This document shows, one piece after another, positions 25,616 to 39,560 of a stretch of DNA of 64,000 nucleotides. Origin of the DNA: the human T2T-CHM13v2.0 reference genome, Homo sapiens. Each line of letters begins with the position of its first letter. Position 1 is the first letter of the stretch. The stretch lies in NCBI RefSeq assembly GCF_009914755.1, contig NC_060934.1. One strand, given 5' to 3'. Below the pieces are notes generated by a model. It was not told where the DNA came from and did not search any database. It saw nothing but the letters and a program-made list of their open reading frames with translations. Made by a program: the position numbers and the translations under genes.

Positions 25616-26097
25616 TGTTGTAGATTAAATAATGGCCCTTCAAATATGTCCACATCCTGATCCCCAAAACTTGTGAATGTTTCCTTTTAATGCTAAAACA
25701 ATTTAAATATGTGATTAAGGATCTTGATATCGGGAGATTATCCTGGATCATCCTGGTGAACTGCTATAATCACAGTTGTTTTTATGAAAATAAATAAAGA
25801 AGGTTCAAAGAAGAAGAGAAGGTGGCAAGGTGATAATGGAAGCAGAGATAGGAATGAGTCACTTTGAAAAAGGTGGAGGACCCCAAGCTAAGGAATATAG
25901 GCAGCCACTAAAAAGCAGGGAAAGAGTCTCCCTTCAAAGTCCCCAGAAAGAATCAACCTTGCTGGTACCATGACATTAACTCAGAGAGACCATTTTTGAA
26001 CTTCTGACCTCCAGAATTGCAAGATAATAAAATTTTGTTATTTTAAGCCACTGAAGGTTGTGGTACTTTGTCATAGCAGCAACAGGAAACTAATAGA
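25616..26097 (+). mobile_element. MLT1D/C-like MaLR solo LTR
   Basis: AATAATGGCCCTTCAAATATGTCCACATCCTGATCCCC...GGGAGATTATCCTGGAT...CTTCTGACCTCCAGAATTGCAAGATAATAAA...GCAGCAACAGGAAACTAATA. Confidence 0.88.
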
Positions 26098-26894
26098 ATC
26101 ACATTAATAATCACCAGTACACTCAAAATCATTTATCTACATTCTTCTTTACAATCTGCTCCCACATACTATTACCACTGTTATTAATTTATCCATCTTA
26201 ATTGTAATCCTTCCTTCCGTATTTGCATCATGCTCTTAATTTAGAAACTTGACATTCCACTTGAAATCTTATGGTCAGTTTCCAAATGGTATCTCTGTTT
26301 TCAGCCTCACTCCTTCCAAACTTTTCTCCAGATTGTTTCCAAAATTTTCTCATAAAAGCCAAATACGAACTTTTTTCTTCTTAAAATCCTGTGATACCTC
26401 ATGAGCTTCTGTCCTGTTTGCCAAACTCCTATTCACTCGTCAAGAGGCAGTTTAAATATCTTCTTTTCTGTGACTCTTTCCACAGACATAAATGTTTGCA
26501 TTATCTTCTATGTTTCAAAGGCATCTTGAATATATTTTCTTGAAAAATCCTTTTATATCTATCGAGACAGATAGATATAGAGATAGATGCATTCCAGGGC
26601 AGCCTGTTTTATTACTATACATATACAAAAAGACTCAAAAGGATAAGTAATAAAATGTATTAACTGCAAATTCCTTCTGGAGGTAACATTATAAAATATG
26701 TGCTAATAACAGGAGAAAAGAAACAGTGAAAAAATACAAAACGGTGTTTTCAAAATATGTTTTTCATAAATAGCAAAGGCTTTAGAGGAGATATGTTACA
26801 ATGCCCAGAAAACACAAAGGAAACACAGTATGCAAAGATTTACACATGTATGTAGACATATCAGGGAAGGGACCAGAGAACAGGAAGATAAATA

Positions 26895-27110
26895 CAATAA
26901 TAGTTAACATCCATTGTGTGCTTTCCATGAGCCAATACTGTTCTAAGGGTTTTCATGTTAATTCACTAAACAATCCTTCGAGACAAGTGTTGTTAATAAC
27001 CACTTTTAAAGTTGTTATGGAGACTGAGCACAACATTAATACAACTAGGAAGGGATTTGAACTCAGAAAGTCTGTTTCCAGAGCTTGTTTTCATATCCAA
27101 TATGCTTTAC
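26895..27110 (-). mobile_element. MIR SINE
   Basis: ATAATAGTTAACATCCATTG...CTGTTCTAAGGGTTTTCATGTTAATTCACTAAACAATCC...GGGATTTGAACTCAG. Confidence 0.7.
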
Positions 27111-28506
27111 CATCTCAGCTGGAAGGTTTTCCACTGCTGCTGGATGGGCTTTTCTGAAAGTGACCTAGGCCAAGCCATGACGGCCAAAGTGGCCCAAGCT
27201 CATCTTCAGAGATGTTCACTGGATGGTGGTGTTCTTATTTTTCAACTCCAAACTCAGCCTGTAATTCTCACCAATTTCAAATCTGCAATCACTTAAGTCT
27301 ATAATCGCTATCAATGATATTTCTAACACATCCCAGCAATTCTTAAAAATGTCTCTCCTTATTGTAAGAACTCCTAATTCCACGAGTGATTATTAATGCA
27401 GGGAGAGAGATGAGAAGTTACCTTTGGGGATATAATTGAAAAGTGAGTAGGAAGCAGGCAGAGGAAGATGAAGTAATGACAGAGATTGTGTTGTGAGTAA
27501 CGCAGATACTTTCAATAGGATATGCCCAAGTTTTAAGTGTGTGAATTTTCAATGCTTCTCTTTATCCTCCATTGTGTCATATAGCATGAATCACCCACAT
27601 GAGTGGGTCATCAAATCAATTTTGTGGGTCACAATTAGCCTTTGATAAAGGAAAATAACATAGAATGGAACAGAAGAGCATAATATATACCATAACATAG
27701 CGTAGGTATATTTGCATAAATCTGTATCAGTCATTTCACACTTTGCAAAAATTACTGCAACAAGTGGTAAGTCACAGTGCCAGAGAGCCAATTAGTAGAG
27801 GGAGTACACTGAAGATGCCCACTGGGTAGAATGGCTTGTTTTGTCTTTTTAAAATTAACTTCTTATTTGATTTTTTGGCCTGGGAGAATCACTTTGATCA
27901 TCACTGTAAAGAAAGGGCACAGTTTATTTTATATTAACATAATTATTAGTTAATTGTGAGATGAAGCCAGGAATTATTTTTCTATCATGAATAAAAGTAT
28001 TGAGATTTTCAGTCAAGTTTCAGGCTGCAAAATTAGGCTGTTTTTCAGAAAGAACATTACCAAATTTGTAACTGTAACATTCTAGTAAATTTAATACTAG
28101 TACCCTTAAAATTAACTGATATATTATTAAAAAGAAAAAATTATGAATTTAAAAATGTAAAGGTATGTTTTAGTTCAACTGAAGGATTTCAAAATGTAAA
28201 TAGTGAAAACATTGAGAAAAATATTGACAAAGGAGCAACACTGTCAATTTCAGGCAAAAGTTTAAAATGAAAAATTTAGTACAAATCATGAAACCTAAGA
28301 CACTCAAAATCATTTTAATCAAATATGAAAAATCCAGTGAAAATGACGCCTGTGTTTATGTAATGATATTTTGCAAATAAAACCTTAAAACTTTCAAAAT
28401 TAAAATGATACTTGGAAATAAAGGTTATTGTACTTACCATGTCTTTTAATTATTTGTAAGGAAGGGAAAATATAAATTCATTGGCACAATGTCTTATTCA
28501 TTTGAA

Positions 28507-28778
28507 TTTTTTATTTTATTTTAATTTTTTTGAGGCAGTCTTGCTCTGTCACCCAGACGAGAGCACAGTGGCATGATCATTGCCATCTTGATCTACTGGG
28601 CTAAAGTGATCCTCCTGCCTCAGCCTTCTGACTACAGGTGCATGCCACCATTCCCAGCTAATTTTATTTTATTTTATAATTTGTAGAGACAAGTACTCAT
28701 TACATTTCCCAGGCTGAACTTGAACTCCTGAACTTAAGTAATCCTCCCACCTTGGCCTCCCAAAGTGCTGGGATTCCA
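28507..28778 (-). mobile_element. AluJ SINE, diverged and slightly 5'-truncated
   Basis: GTCTTGCTCTGTCACCCAG...GTGATCCTCCTGCCTCAGCC...CCTCCCACCTTGGCCTCCCAAAGTGCTGGGATT. Confidence 0.9.
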
Positions 28779-28902
28779 CAACCTTTAATATAAAATTTCT
28801 ACTATTGCATAGTTACAGCATCATTGTGTGTTTAAAAAAATAGCACATATAACTTTGAAAACTATATTACCCTGTATAGATGCCATAGTGTGTGTGTGTG
28901 CA

Positions 28903-29250
<348 letters not shown>

Positions 29251-30689
29251 TGACACGATATCCCATTTTGTAACTTTTAGAAACAATGACTGCTATATTG
29301 ATACAATCCAGTATAAATAAGCAAATCAACCTGATGTGAGAAATGACAGTCAAGAGTGTGTAAAAATGCTAGCTAATGGCAAATGGCAAAATGGCTTTTG
29401 GAGGGTATGTAATGTAGTTAAAATTTGATTAAATGTTCTTTGGAATTGGATAAGAGCATCGTTGATCAATATGAATGACACTGGTAAAATGATATATGAG
29501 TTACAATTGAGAGAGCAAAATATGTGACTAGGAAATTATCAGAAGCTACTAATAATAAGCTCTTTGAAGTCACTTGTTAAATTTATCTTAGAGCTTTGAT
29601 ATCCAAAGAAATTTAGCTGCCTTTTATGGATGGGGAAAGTAAGTGAAAAATGTTTGTTTTATTAAAGGAAGCTCACTGAAATGTTTTTGATATATTTCGT
29701 CCAGAGATTGGTGCTATGCATATCCATATTTTCTACCATCCTAGCATTCTTAGATTGTCATGACCAACAATACTGAGCAAAGGTAAGAATCAAGATACAA
29801 GATTCACTTTTTGGTTATTGTTGGAGAATAATCTTGTATAGTAAGTAATTTCTAAGATAATATTTGGGTTAAAATGGCAGATTTAATAAACTAGGAAAAC
29901 AAAGAAAAAACCAAAATGCATTTCAATATATTGACCTTATCCAAAGGTGATAGTGTAGTGTTTTGATATTTAATTTACAGAAATGCTCTGAAATAACTAT
30001 TGCCATCCTGCTTTCTTAAGTAAATGGTCTAGAGGTCGTAGGAGTTAGCCCAGCTCCACTACCATGGAGCAAGTTAATTTGTAGAGATAAGATTTGAACT
30101 CAGTTCAAATAAGGCTCTGAAAGCTATGTTAAGGCCTCTCACTGCCCTCCCTCTGTAAGTAAGAAATGTGAGGAAACCAAGATTTACTCATTAAGCATGC
30201 CCGGCTTTGATATATTTTCCCAGATTAGAGGAACAGATGGCTCTTAGTGGTGGTTTTTGTTGTTTTCATGGTTATTGTTATTATTATTGCTAATGCCTAC
30301 CTATTTTCCCTATCAAATGAATCAGGAAGCTTTGTCCAGTCCCTCTTAATTAAATGCAGTGAGAGAAATGGGATATCAATCCAATACATTGAGCTCAGCT
30401 TGTCCTGAGAGTCAGGGTGCCTAGAGAATATTTGATATGCCATGAGTTGCACAGTGTTATAATGGGCCCTGAGTTAGTGTTTTGTGTATAGTATTCGTGG
30501 TAGAGTCCTGTCTCTTCCCAGATAAGTGTGTGTTATATAGGATATAACAGTAAGTAGACATAAGTGCTTGTTTTTATTATTAGAAGGCTGATAAGGAGCA
30601 GAGAACTTGTGGTCTTAGCAGCCCACATTAAGGAATGCAGGTTCTATTTAAGTGCAATGATAAATCAATGATGGATTTCCAAACCCGGA

Positions 30690-31920
30690 TGTACTTTTTT
30701 TTTTTTTTGAGGAAAAGAAAAACCTTTGTTGATGCATAAGGAAAGGCTGGGTAGAAGAACAGAGTTAAGGGTGGGAGGCCAGTTAGGAGACTGTTGAAGT
30801 AACGCAAGTGAGGCATTATAGTGGAATGGACTAGGGTGGTTAGAGCAGAAATGAAATTACACTCTCTGTATATTGCAGAGGTAGAATTAATCAAATAGGA
30901 CATCTGAATATATTAGATGGGGTGAGGGAAAATGGACTAATCAAAGACAACCCTTATTTCTGGCTATAGGAATAGGATATTGTCATTAACTACATTGGGA
31001 GACTTCGAGTACGGAGAGTTTTTTTGGATTGTGGAAAATTAAGGGTTCTGTTGGGAGATGCACATTAGAAAACTAAGTGAACTTGCTAAGTATACAGTTG
31101 GAGATTAAAGCAAAAGAGTTATCAGTCTATAGATAGTTAGAGTTAGTGTGTAGACATCTAGTATAAGATCACCTAGGAAAAGATATAGATGGTGAAGAAA
31201 AGAGGACCCAGTCGCATACCTTAAAGTACATTGACATTAAGAAACTCGACAGAGAAAGAAGAAATAGCAAAGAAACGCAAAAGTGACTGTGATGCAGAGA
31301 TAGAATCAAGGAGAGATTTGAGGTTTACTTACTATATTAAATGTGGAGAATTTGAAGATGAATCTAAAAAATATTTGTCTGTTTTCTCCGAGGGAATATT
31401 TTTATGGTTCATTTATAAAGTCATCTGTATTGTTTTATGTGACAAAACTGGTTTCATTGGTTCTTTAGATTACTTACTGTCATTTTTGGATTTGAGGTCA
31501 TAGGAGCCCAGAGGGGCAAAACTCTCAGTAGGAAGCATCAGTCGTGTCAATACTGCTGTGAGGCTGAGTAGAAAGATGAGAAGTGAGAACTTTTTCTTTT
31601 GGTGACCAACAAGTTATTGATGGCCTTGAGAAAAATGCGACTCTGGAGATGTGTCTGCAGAAGCTGGACTGTAGTTGGTGAAAAAATGGACAGGAAATGA
31701 AAAAATGGAAAAAAAATCTGTCCAGAAGGTTGACTATGAAGAGGAGCAGAGAAATGAAGTATAAATTAGGAGAAGGCTAATTGTTCAGGGGGCAAATTTT
31801 TTACAGTAGGAATATTATAGATCATGTATGAAACTTAAGGGACTGATGCTGGAGAAAGTTTGAAGAGGCAAAATATGCAAAGAGGAATGTTTGGATGGTC
31901 CTTGAGAAGGTGTTTGCGAC
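30690..31920 (-). mobile_element. L2 LINE fragment containing a templated insertion at 31325-31488
   Basis: Antisense L2 motifs GGGAGGCCAGTTAGGAGACTGTTG, GCAGAGGTAGAATTAATC, ATAAGATCACCTAGGAAA and AAGTTATTGATGGCCTTGAG. Confidence 0.8.
31323..31476 (+). repeat. Dispersed direct duplicate, copy 1 (of 32114-32264)
   Basis: Shared blocks GTGGAGAATTTGAAGAT, AGGGAATATTTTTATGGTTCATTTAT, AAGTCATCTGTATT, AAAACTGGTTTCATTG and TTCTTTAGATTACTTA occur in the same order. Confidence 0.95.
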
Positions 31921-32113
31921 AGAGTTTGTAGTCTAAGAAGTGATTGTCCGTATCTTTACTCTTTAGATCTCAATGTTCTCATCTGTAAAACGGTGGAGTA
32001 GCTGTGGATTATTTCCAAGCTTCTTTGTGACTTGAATATTCTACAAATTTATTACTGTTAGTCATGCATATGCTAGTAAGCAGTGATGAACATGGGAGAT
32101 GTATCCTGAGGCT

Positions 32114-32264
32114 GTTTACTCTCATATTAAAAGTGGAGAATTTGAAGATAAATCTAAAAGATACTTAAGTCTATTTTCTCCAAGGGAATATTTTTATGGT
32201 TCATTTATGAAGTCATCTGTATTTTATGTGAGAAAACTGGTTTCATTGTTCTTTAGATTACTTA
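32114..32264 (+). repeat. Dispersed direct duplicate, copy 2 (probable donor)
   Basis: Same blocks as 31323-31476. The segment is bounded by TGAGGCTG at 32107-32114 and 32298-32305. Confidence 0.95.
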
Positions 32265-34609
32265 TCCTCTTGTAGAAACTGTAACTATTTTGAAGTTTGA
32301 GGCTGCAACATATTCACATTGGTTTCACTGTTTTAATCTTATTTTCACTGCTTTTGCCATCTAACCATAAGATATTGGTGCAGTAAGGATAATTAAGTAA
32401 GATAAGTTTATTAACAGCAGCAAGTATCTTGAAGACATACCCATTTCAGATGTATGTTAATGACCATATTTTTTACTCTACTATGCTGGAAGGTTTTCGA
32501 TGGAATTCCCGGAAAAGAGACTTATAGCAGCCATATAAATAACAATTACAGAGAGTATTATTGGTATTTATGCTGAAATGCCTTTTATATTGTCTTTAAT
32601 ACTTGAGTAGAACTTAATTGAATTATATTTGTCAAGGTAACTTTTTCCTCTTAAGAAAAATCCCGTTGCTTAAAATTAAAAAAAATAAACCTAGTATTTT
32701 CTACCTACTAGTAAAATGCAAGTTTACATATTAAACTCTTGCTTTGCAAATGTTAAATTGGTTGAAATGAGTCAAATTGGCAATTTGTTTGTAACTAGAA
32801 TGTGTGTGAGAAGCTGAGTCAAAAATTTGAGAAGCCTCCATTGCCCTTTTCAACTTACATGGTACTTATTTATGCAAAAGGAAGGCACATCAGGTATGTC
32901 GTGACATGGGCTGAAACCTATGTCCATAGAACCAGGAAGAGTTGGGCATGGGATATAGCTGGTTGATGGAAACTTTCAAGCTGATATTTCAGTGTTAATT
33001 ATTGTCTTCAATATGTACATTGTTTCCAAGAATCATATTTTGCTTTATCAAATGGATGCATTATTATATTTTGTTAATATCTCTGATCCTTTTTTGTTCA
33101 GAAAATGGTTATTATCTCAAAAATCATAGGATTTGAGAAAGATTACATGATATAACAAGTATAAATTGTAGATCATAGAACTTGGCACCTAGTAAGCACT
33201 CTGCCTCAGCACTCATGCTCAAAGTCTGTTAATGAGATCTGAATCTGGTGGTTTTACAGGGTACAAAACCACAATGATTTGTGAATATGTGAGTCTATGG
33301 TAGAATATTAATGTGGAAATAATCTGGAGTGCATACACTGTGTGGGTCCCCCAAAGGCATGGGTGATTGTAGGCATAATTAACCAACCTTCCTTACTCAG
33401 AAAGTGGAAATGGCAAGTTAGAGTTTTCTAAAATATAAAAGCCTATTTACCAGTTCTGTGATGAGATTTTTTTTAAAAATCCACACAAAAACAAAACAAA
33501 ATGAAAACCACACATGATTTAGCTTGTTTGGATTGCTATTTGATGATATTTAATAATAATAGAAATAATTACCTCTGAACAAAGTTAATTCAGTATACAT
33601 TTTGCTATTACTTTTCTCTTAAGTAAAATAATATCTATCACCCATGAATATTTTAAAGAGGTAGCTCTTTATTCTCCAGAGTAAACTATGTAAATTCCCA
33701 AGAACCAATAATTTCCATAATTATTAAACAAATATTATATCATAGTTTCTGAGCATTAGTCACAGAAAAACTCCTGAGATTAGATTGAGACAAAGTGTCA
33801 TGCTTTACGTTTTTACTTTACTTGGCTAGGATTCTCTTATTAGAAACATACCTATTGTATTATTATTTTCAAGCAAAGAAAACAAAATTCCATTGTAAGT
33901 TGGGTCCTTTCACACTTAATATAAGCAAAAACTGTCATTTTTTCATTACTGTAAGCTGATTGAAAATTGAAACTGTGAACAATGTAGCTGTTCCAAATAA
34001 TAGTTTAAAAAATAAAATTATTTTTTTCTTTGAATATATATTTTATTTATCAGAACTCACTAAAGGATTATATGTGGAAAGAATGTTGGTTTATAATTTA
34101 GAAACAACATTTTTTAGAGATATTTGCATTTGCAACATAATGGAAGTTGATCTCATAGTTGTAATTGTCAATAACTGTCTGCTGTGCTTGAGACTATATC
34201 TGCCCTTGCTCATTTCTCACTCTGCACTCCTGGGGAAGTGGAAGAACATTGGCCATGTCTCCTTTTGCTGGGCATAAGAAACATATATAAATAGATACGT
34301 TATAAATAGATAGTTTCAAGTAAATAATGTGTTCTCTTAAGCTCACAATGATGACTTTTATAATAAATAATTTCTACCATAACAAATGATTTCTTTGCAT
34401 TATTGCAAATACAGATTTCAGCAATAACTGTTTTAGGTTCCTTTTCTAACACTGTGGATGAGCTAGAATGACTCTCTTTGTCCTCTCCTTCAGAGGTCTC
34501 TCCTGTCACCTCCTCTTTTTCTGTCTTCCCATTTAGCTTAGGGGTCTCCATTCTATAGGCTCTCTCACACCATTGTCACAGCTGCACTGTGATCCAATAT
34601 AGACATTCT

Positions 34610-34868
34610 CTGTATGATAGCAACTCCTATTGAGTGCCAGCAGATACAAGTCCTGCAAGATGCCCAAAGAATAAAAGAGATCTATGGTCAATAGTGTAGC
34701 CATCTTACAGGGTCAGGATTCCATTCATATATTAAAGTCTTTGTGAGACTTGCAGTAATGAAACCTGTGATTAATCTATACTTCCCTAAATTACTTTATC
34801 ATGTGTTTTAGAATAGATATTTCTAGTCTGAGAACCTAGTTATATTGGAATAGTTTGGGAAATGTCAT
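34610..34868. mobile_element. MER103-like hAT-Charlie MITE
   Basis: CATATATTAAAGTCTTTGTGAGACTTGCAGTAATGAAACCTGT...AGTTTGGGAAATG resembles MER103C. Confidence 0.55.
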
Positions 34869-35162
34869 GTTACTATTTGAACGATAAGAAGTTATCTCTT
34901 CATTTAGAAGAGGTAACCTAGACTAAGAATGATTGATATCACCCATCAGATTTCATCTGCTTAATTTTTCAGTTCTGTGCATTTAACAATAGAAAGTTTA
35001 AAACGAGCCATCCTTCAATGTGTTTAGCATTATAATAAAAGAACATAGGAAAGATATAGTCTACTGTTCTCATTTTACAGTTGTTGAAACTAAAGCCTAG
35101 AGAGAGGATATTAGTTGACCATGAGCACACAGCTTAGTTTAAAGTAGCTGAGATGTGAGTTG

Positions 35163-35465
35163 TTTTTTGTTTTATTTTCTTTTTGAGACAGGGTCTTGCT
35201 CTCTCACCCAGGCTGGAGTGCAGAGGTGTGATCATAGCTCACTGTAACCTCAAACTCCTGGGTTCAAATGATCCTCCTGCCTTAGCCTCCTGAGTAGGTG
35301 GGCCTACAGATGCATGCCACCACAACCAGCTAATTTAATTTTTTTTTGTAGAGATGGGGTCTTGTTAGGTTGCTCAGCTTGGCCTTGAACTCCTGGCCTC
35401 AACTGATCCTCCCACCATGTCCTCACAAAGAGGTGGAATTACAGGCATAAACCATGCACCCAGTC
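35163..35465 (-). mobile_element. AluJ SINE inserted in a MIR
   Basis: GAGACAGGGTCTTGCTCT...GATCATAGCTCACTGTAACCTCAAACTCCTGGG (J-type). MIR core CTCATTTTACAGTTGTTGAAACTAAAG lies upstream at ~35068. Confidence 0.92.
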
Positions 35466-36099
35466 AAGATTGTGATCCAAATTCTTATTTTCCAATTCCA
35501 AATTTAGTGTCAAGTCTACAAGTTCAAACTACTTTCATTAAAAGAGAACCATAGTTACAATAATCTTGATAGAACCCACAGCTTTTTGTAAATGGTTTTA
35601 TTTGTAGTAATATTTTTCTGTTTGTAATATGTTTCTCGTGAATCACATAGAAGCGCAGAAGCATTGAGAAAGCCCATGAAGCTGGGTTTTTGTACATTTG
35701 TGCATATAGCAGATTGAACCCCTCTTTTGCTATTTAATATAGTGTGAAGATTTCCCCAGTGCTGTACTTACTTTCCAAAAACATGATTGTTTCTTTAGAC
35801 AATTTCCTATTGTTGTTTCCAAAGTTTTGCTATTTAAAACTGTATTTTACCAAACGTACGAAAAATGTAATTGCTGGGTCAAAGAATAACACCATTTCTA
35901 GGGTTTTTCTCTGTAATGACAAATTACACTCTAAAGTGTTATCAGTTTCATTCCTCTCAGTAGTGTATGAGAAGACACTTGTTTATTTTTTACAATCAAA
36001 CATAGTATCTTCAAATTGTCCAGAATTCTGAGATTACTTTCTTTACTGTTGACTATGTAAAATAGTAACTTAAAATGCTTTTTATGCCTCTTGGATTTC

Positions 36100-37400
36100 T
36101 CCCTAATGTCCCTATTTCTGTTGATAATAATGAAGTTTTCTATTTATGATTTAAATTGCCATTATTATATATAAAACATCTGTTTGAAAGTTTAAATAAG
36201 ATATTGTGTTAAGCTGAAAGGTAATATTTAAAAAAATCATTGAGCATTTACCGTATTTAACAAGGTTCCCAGTTTATCCTCTCTTCTTTTAAACCTGACT
36301 TTCTAGTACTTGAGATTTTCTTTATTCTTTCCTGGTTAGGTTAAGTATGCCTTTAACTGCTTTTTTTTTTCCTTGCATAAAGGATAGATAGCATGTCGAA
36401 TAGTTGGAAAGAATTTGTATATGAGATAATAGCTTTCTATTGCTCCTATACATTGTCAAGTGATCAAGAATATGCTGGGTGCTCATTCTTGGTTCGTAGT
36501 TTTCTTTTTCTCAAAAGAGTGGAGTATTTTCATTTTCATTATTTTTTGGTGTCTGATTATATAGAAGTCAAATTTGAAGCAAGTCCAATTTGATCAAGTT
36601 CTTTTAACTTAATTTTTGGATACTTGTAGAATTTTTTAAATCTTGAAAAATTATTGCCATTATTTTAATAGGATTTACTTTTTGTTTCTTCATAAATCTA
36701 TTTTTATGGTAGCTCTTGAGTTCTAAAACGTCAGTTTTCTTTAGCTGAGGAAAGTTATTTTTCATTTTTTTCTATGGTAACTGCACTTGTTCCATTTTGC
36801 TGTCTTTTTCAGATTTCTTTCTTATGTGAATTTGGTCTCTCAGATATGTTTTTCGTATCTCCCACTCACAACATTTTGTCTTGATCCTGCTGAATGGAGC
36901 TCAAGATGAATTCCTGCAGTTTTCTCTTTCATTTGGCTTTGCTAATAATTTAACTTAGTGTTTTTGATTTAACCCTTGGTGTTTTCCATCCAATGCAAGC
37001 ATTTCATCTTCATGTTTACGTTTCATATTTCATAGAAGCAATATGATTATATGATGAATGCCAATAAATATTTAGTTATTATAGTATACAAGAGATAAAG
37101 GAAGGTAACACCAAAATGTTTTTCCTACAATTGTTTCAAAAATCTATTTTCTTGACTGTCCCTGCTTTCCTGCACTTCTTCTCGTAGGTTCACTGATTTT
37201 CCTGTTTGCTCACTTGGTTTCATGCATGTTGTGGCCGGAATGCATGTTTACTATGGAATGCATCTCTCCACTGTGTTTGGCAGCAACTCGAAACCCCTTC
37301 ATTTAGCTTTTATGCTGGCTGTGGCTGTCTATTCTGAGGGAAGACTTAAGGGGAAGCCCTGAAACTATCTTTTCTGCTTCTTGTGATTACTTACTGATGG
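36100..37400 (-). mobile_element. Very old L1M 5'/ORF1-region fragment
   Basis: T-rich degenerate antisense ORF1-like motifs (AATATGCTGGGTGCTCATTCTT, TTGGTGTCTGATTATATAGAAGTC, AAATCTTGAAAAATT). Confidence 0.45.
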
Positions 37401-37665
37401 AAAAGGCTCCCTTGATTTAACTTGTGTTGGCTGTTCCTGGTACTGGCCTTTGCCTTACAGTTTAAGGATGCTGTTGAATATTAACATATTCTTTCAATTA
37501 CTTCCTATGAGTGTCTGGAGATAGGAAGTAGTTGAATGTTGGGGTGAATGATAGACCACCCACTTCTGCAGGGTTCCTTGTGGGTCTTCAATATTCTAGT
37601 CCTACAGAATTCCTTGTACTTTCTGGTTCTTCATCAGTACCTTTTCTAGATACAGACCTTGATAT

Positions 37666-37706
37666 TGTTTGTTTTGTTTTGTTTTGTTTGTTTGTTTTGT
37701 TTTTTG
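37666..37706 (+). repeat. (TTTTG)n/(TTTG)n simple repeat
   Basis: TGTTTGTTTTGTTTTGTTTTGTTTGTTTGTTTTGTTTTTTG. Confidence 0.85.
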
Positions 37707-38471
37707 TTAAATTGGTCAATGCCATGCAACTGTGGTCAGAGGGACTGAAATTGTTTTCACATGGCTCTCTTCACTGGAAAGCCCTGGGTTAATCTGCTCA
37801 TGATCCTTTACATCCAGCTCTGGAATTTTTTTTTCTTTATAATGCATAATGAATAGCTTTGCTAAAGAGGATTCTGCTTTCAAATTTCAAGAATAAAAAG
37901 AGGACATCTGTCTGAGTATTAACATGATGGAAATTTTTAAAAATATCACATAGTGTGTTAGCTCATATGTGACAAATAGATAATGCATCTCATGGCCATT
38001 AGGAACAGAATATTTGTCAGAACATTCTGTCTATTGTTTAAAGGCATTGGTGTAATGTCATAATATTTCTACAAGGTATGAAAATGTTGCACTGTGCATG
38101 TCTGAAGTCTATAGTGTATCCCTTAGACTCTTGCCATTTAGCTGAATTCTGGGGGAATGTTGCCAGTATCGTTGTTTCAAATGAGATAATCAAATGGCTT
38201 ATGGAGCTCTATTTACCCCCATTCCACCCTCTGTCACAATATAGTAAGTTACTTATTGGAGCATATGCTTAATGAAAAATTAATAGCAATGCAATATGAT
38301 ATAATGGTGCAGGACTATATTCTGACTAGTATAAGATATTTACATATTTTTGCCAATTGGTCATTATCTTTTATTTCACATATCCATGATGAGTGCATAT
38401 TTAGAAAATGAGAGAGTGCTTTCTGCTAATGTTTCTGATTATTAGTGATAGTGCTGAATTCATATGCTTAC

Positions 38472-38570
38472 AGAGAGACTGAGAGGGAGAAGAAGAGGGG
38501 CTAGAGGAAGGAGGAGGCAGGAGAGAAAAGAAAGGGAGAGAGAAAGGAGGGAGAGGAGGAATAAGAGTGA
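38472..38570 (+). repeat. GA-rich polypurine low-complexity tract
   Basis: GAGAGGGAAGAAGAGGGGCTAGAGGAAGGAGGAGGCAGGAGAGAAAAGAAAGGGAGAGAGAAAGGAGGGAGAGGAGGA. Confidence 0.85.
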
Positions 38571-39339
38571 GAATGTGAATTGCTGTGTGGGTGGGCCTGT
38601 GTATATGCAACACAGATGCATAATTTTGGAAGTCTGCATTTTCTATATCATCATTTTGGAACCTTACCAAGTAGTGCAAATGCTGTGATTTAGTTGAAAC
38701 TAATTATGGGTACCTCTAAAATGGTATCTCACATAAATGTCTCATAGGCATGATTTGAAAAAAAAATAATTTGTTATTATTCTTCCTTGAAAGTCATGTA
38801 TTTAAATTCTTTAATAAAATGGGTAAGGTTTCTGTGACTAGCCAAGATAAGGCTGCTTACACTTATGAATCTATAAGAGACTATACATTTCCTCACTCTT
38901 GCATGCTATTACCAGATGAATCATTCTATTTTGTATCTGGCGACTCATTCATCTGCTAAGAGACCTTCTGGGCCCCACAGTGCCTGCAGTGCACATGGAA
39001 GCTCTTTAGGCTGACATTCAGGGTCTCCTGTGATATGGTGCCTCTCTAACACTGTATCGCAGTTGACAGTTTGTGTGTGCTTTGGCCTCCAGCTAAGTCA
39101 AGCCCCTTGCCATTCTGAGTTATGACTGTGGGATTTCTGCCCTCCGTGCCTGTGCAGGGTCACTATGGGATGTCCTTCGCCTCCAGCCTTCTATGTCTAG
39201 ATGCTGTGCATCTTTACACACTCAGCTCAGATGCCTTCTCCTCCAGGAATGGTCACCGCTGAGGCATCATAGTTGTTCTCCTTTTAACATGTAAACTGAT
39301 GGAAGCCTTTACCTTCATGTCTCCTAAGACAGTGAAATG

Positions 39340-39560
39340 TGAAGCCTCAGCTATGTATTTGGAGGGCCCCGAATTCCAATTAGCCCAGTTATGTTGTCTT
39401 TGGTATGACACCTAATATCTCGGAGGCTCCGTTTCTTCATCTGTGAAATAGGGGTGATAATATGCATGTCACAGGGCTTGGGAAAATGAAGATGATGTCT
39501 GAGTCATGTGTAGCACAGTGCTTGGACCATAATCAATGTCAGATAAGCGCAGCATACTCT
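39340..39560 (+). mobile_element. MIR SINE
   Basis: CTCCGTTTCTTCATCTGTGAAATAGGGGTGATAATA...TAGCACAGTGCTTGG. Confidence 0.8.
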
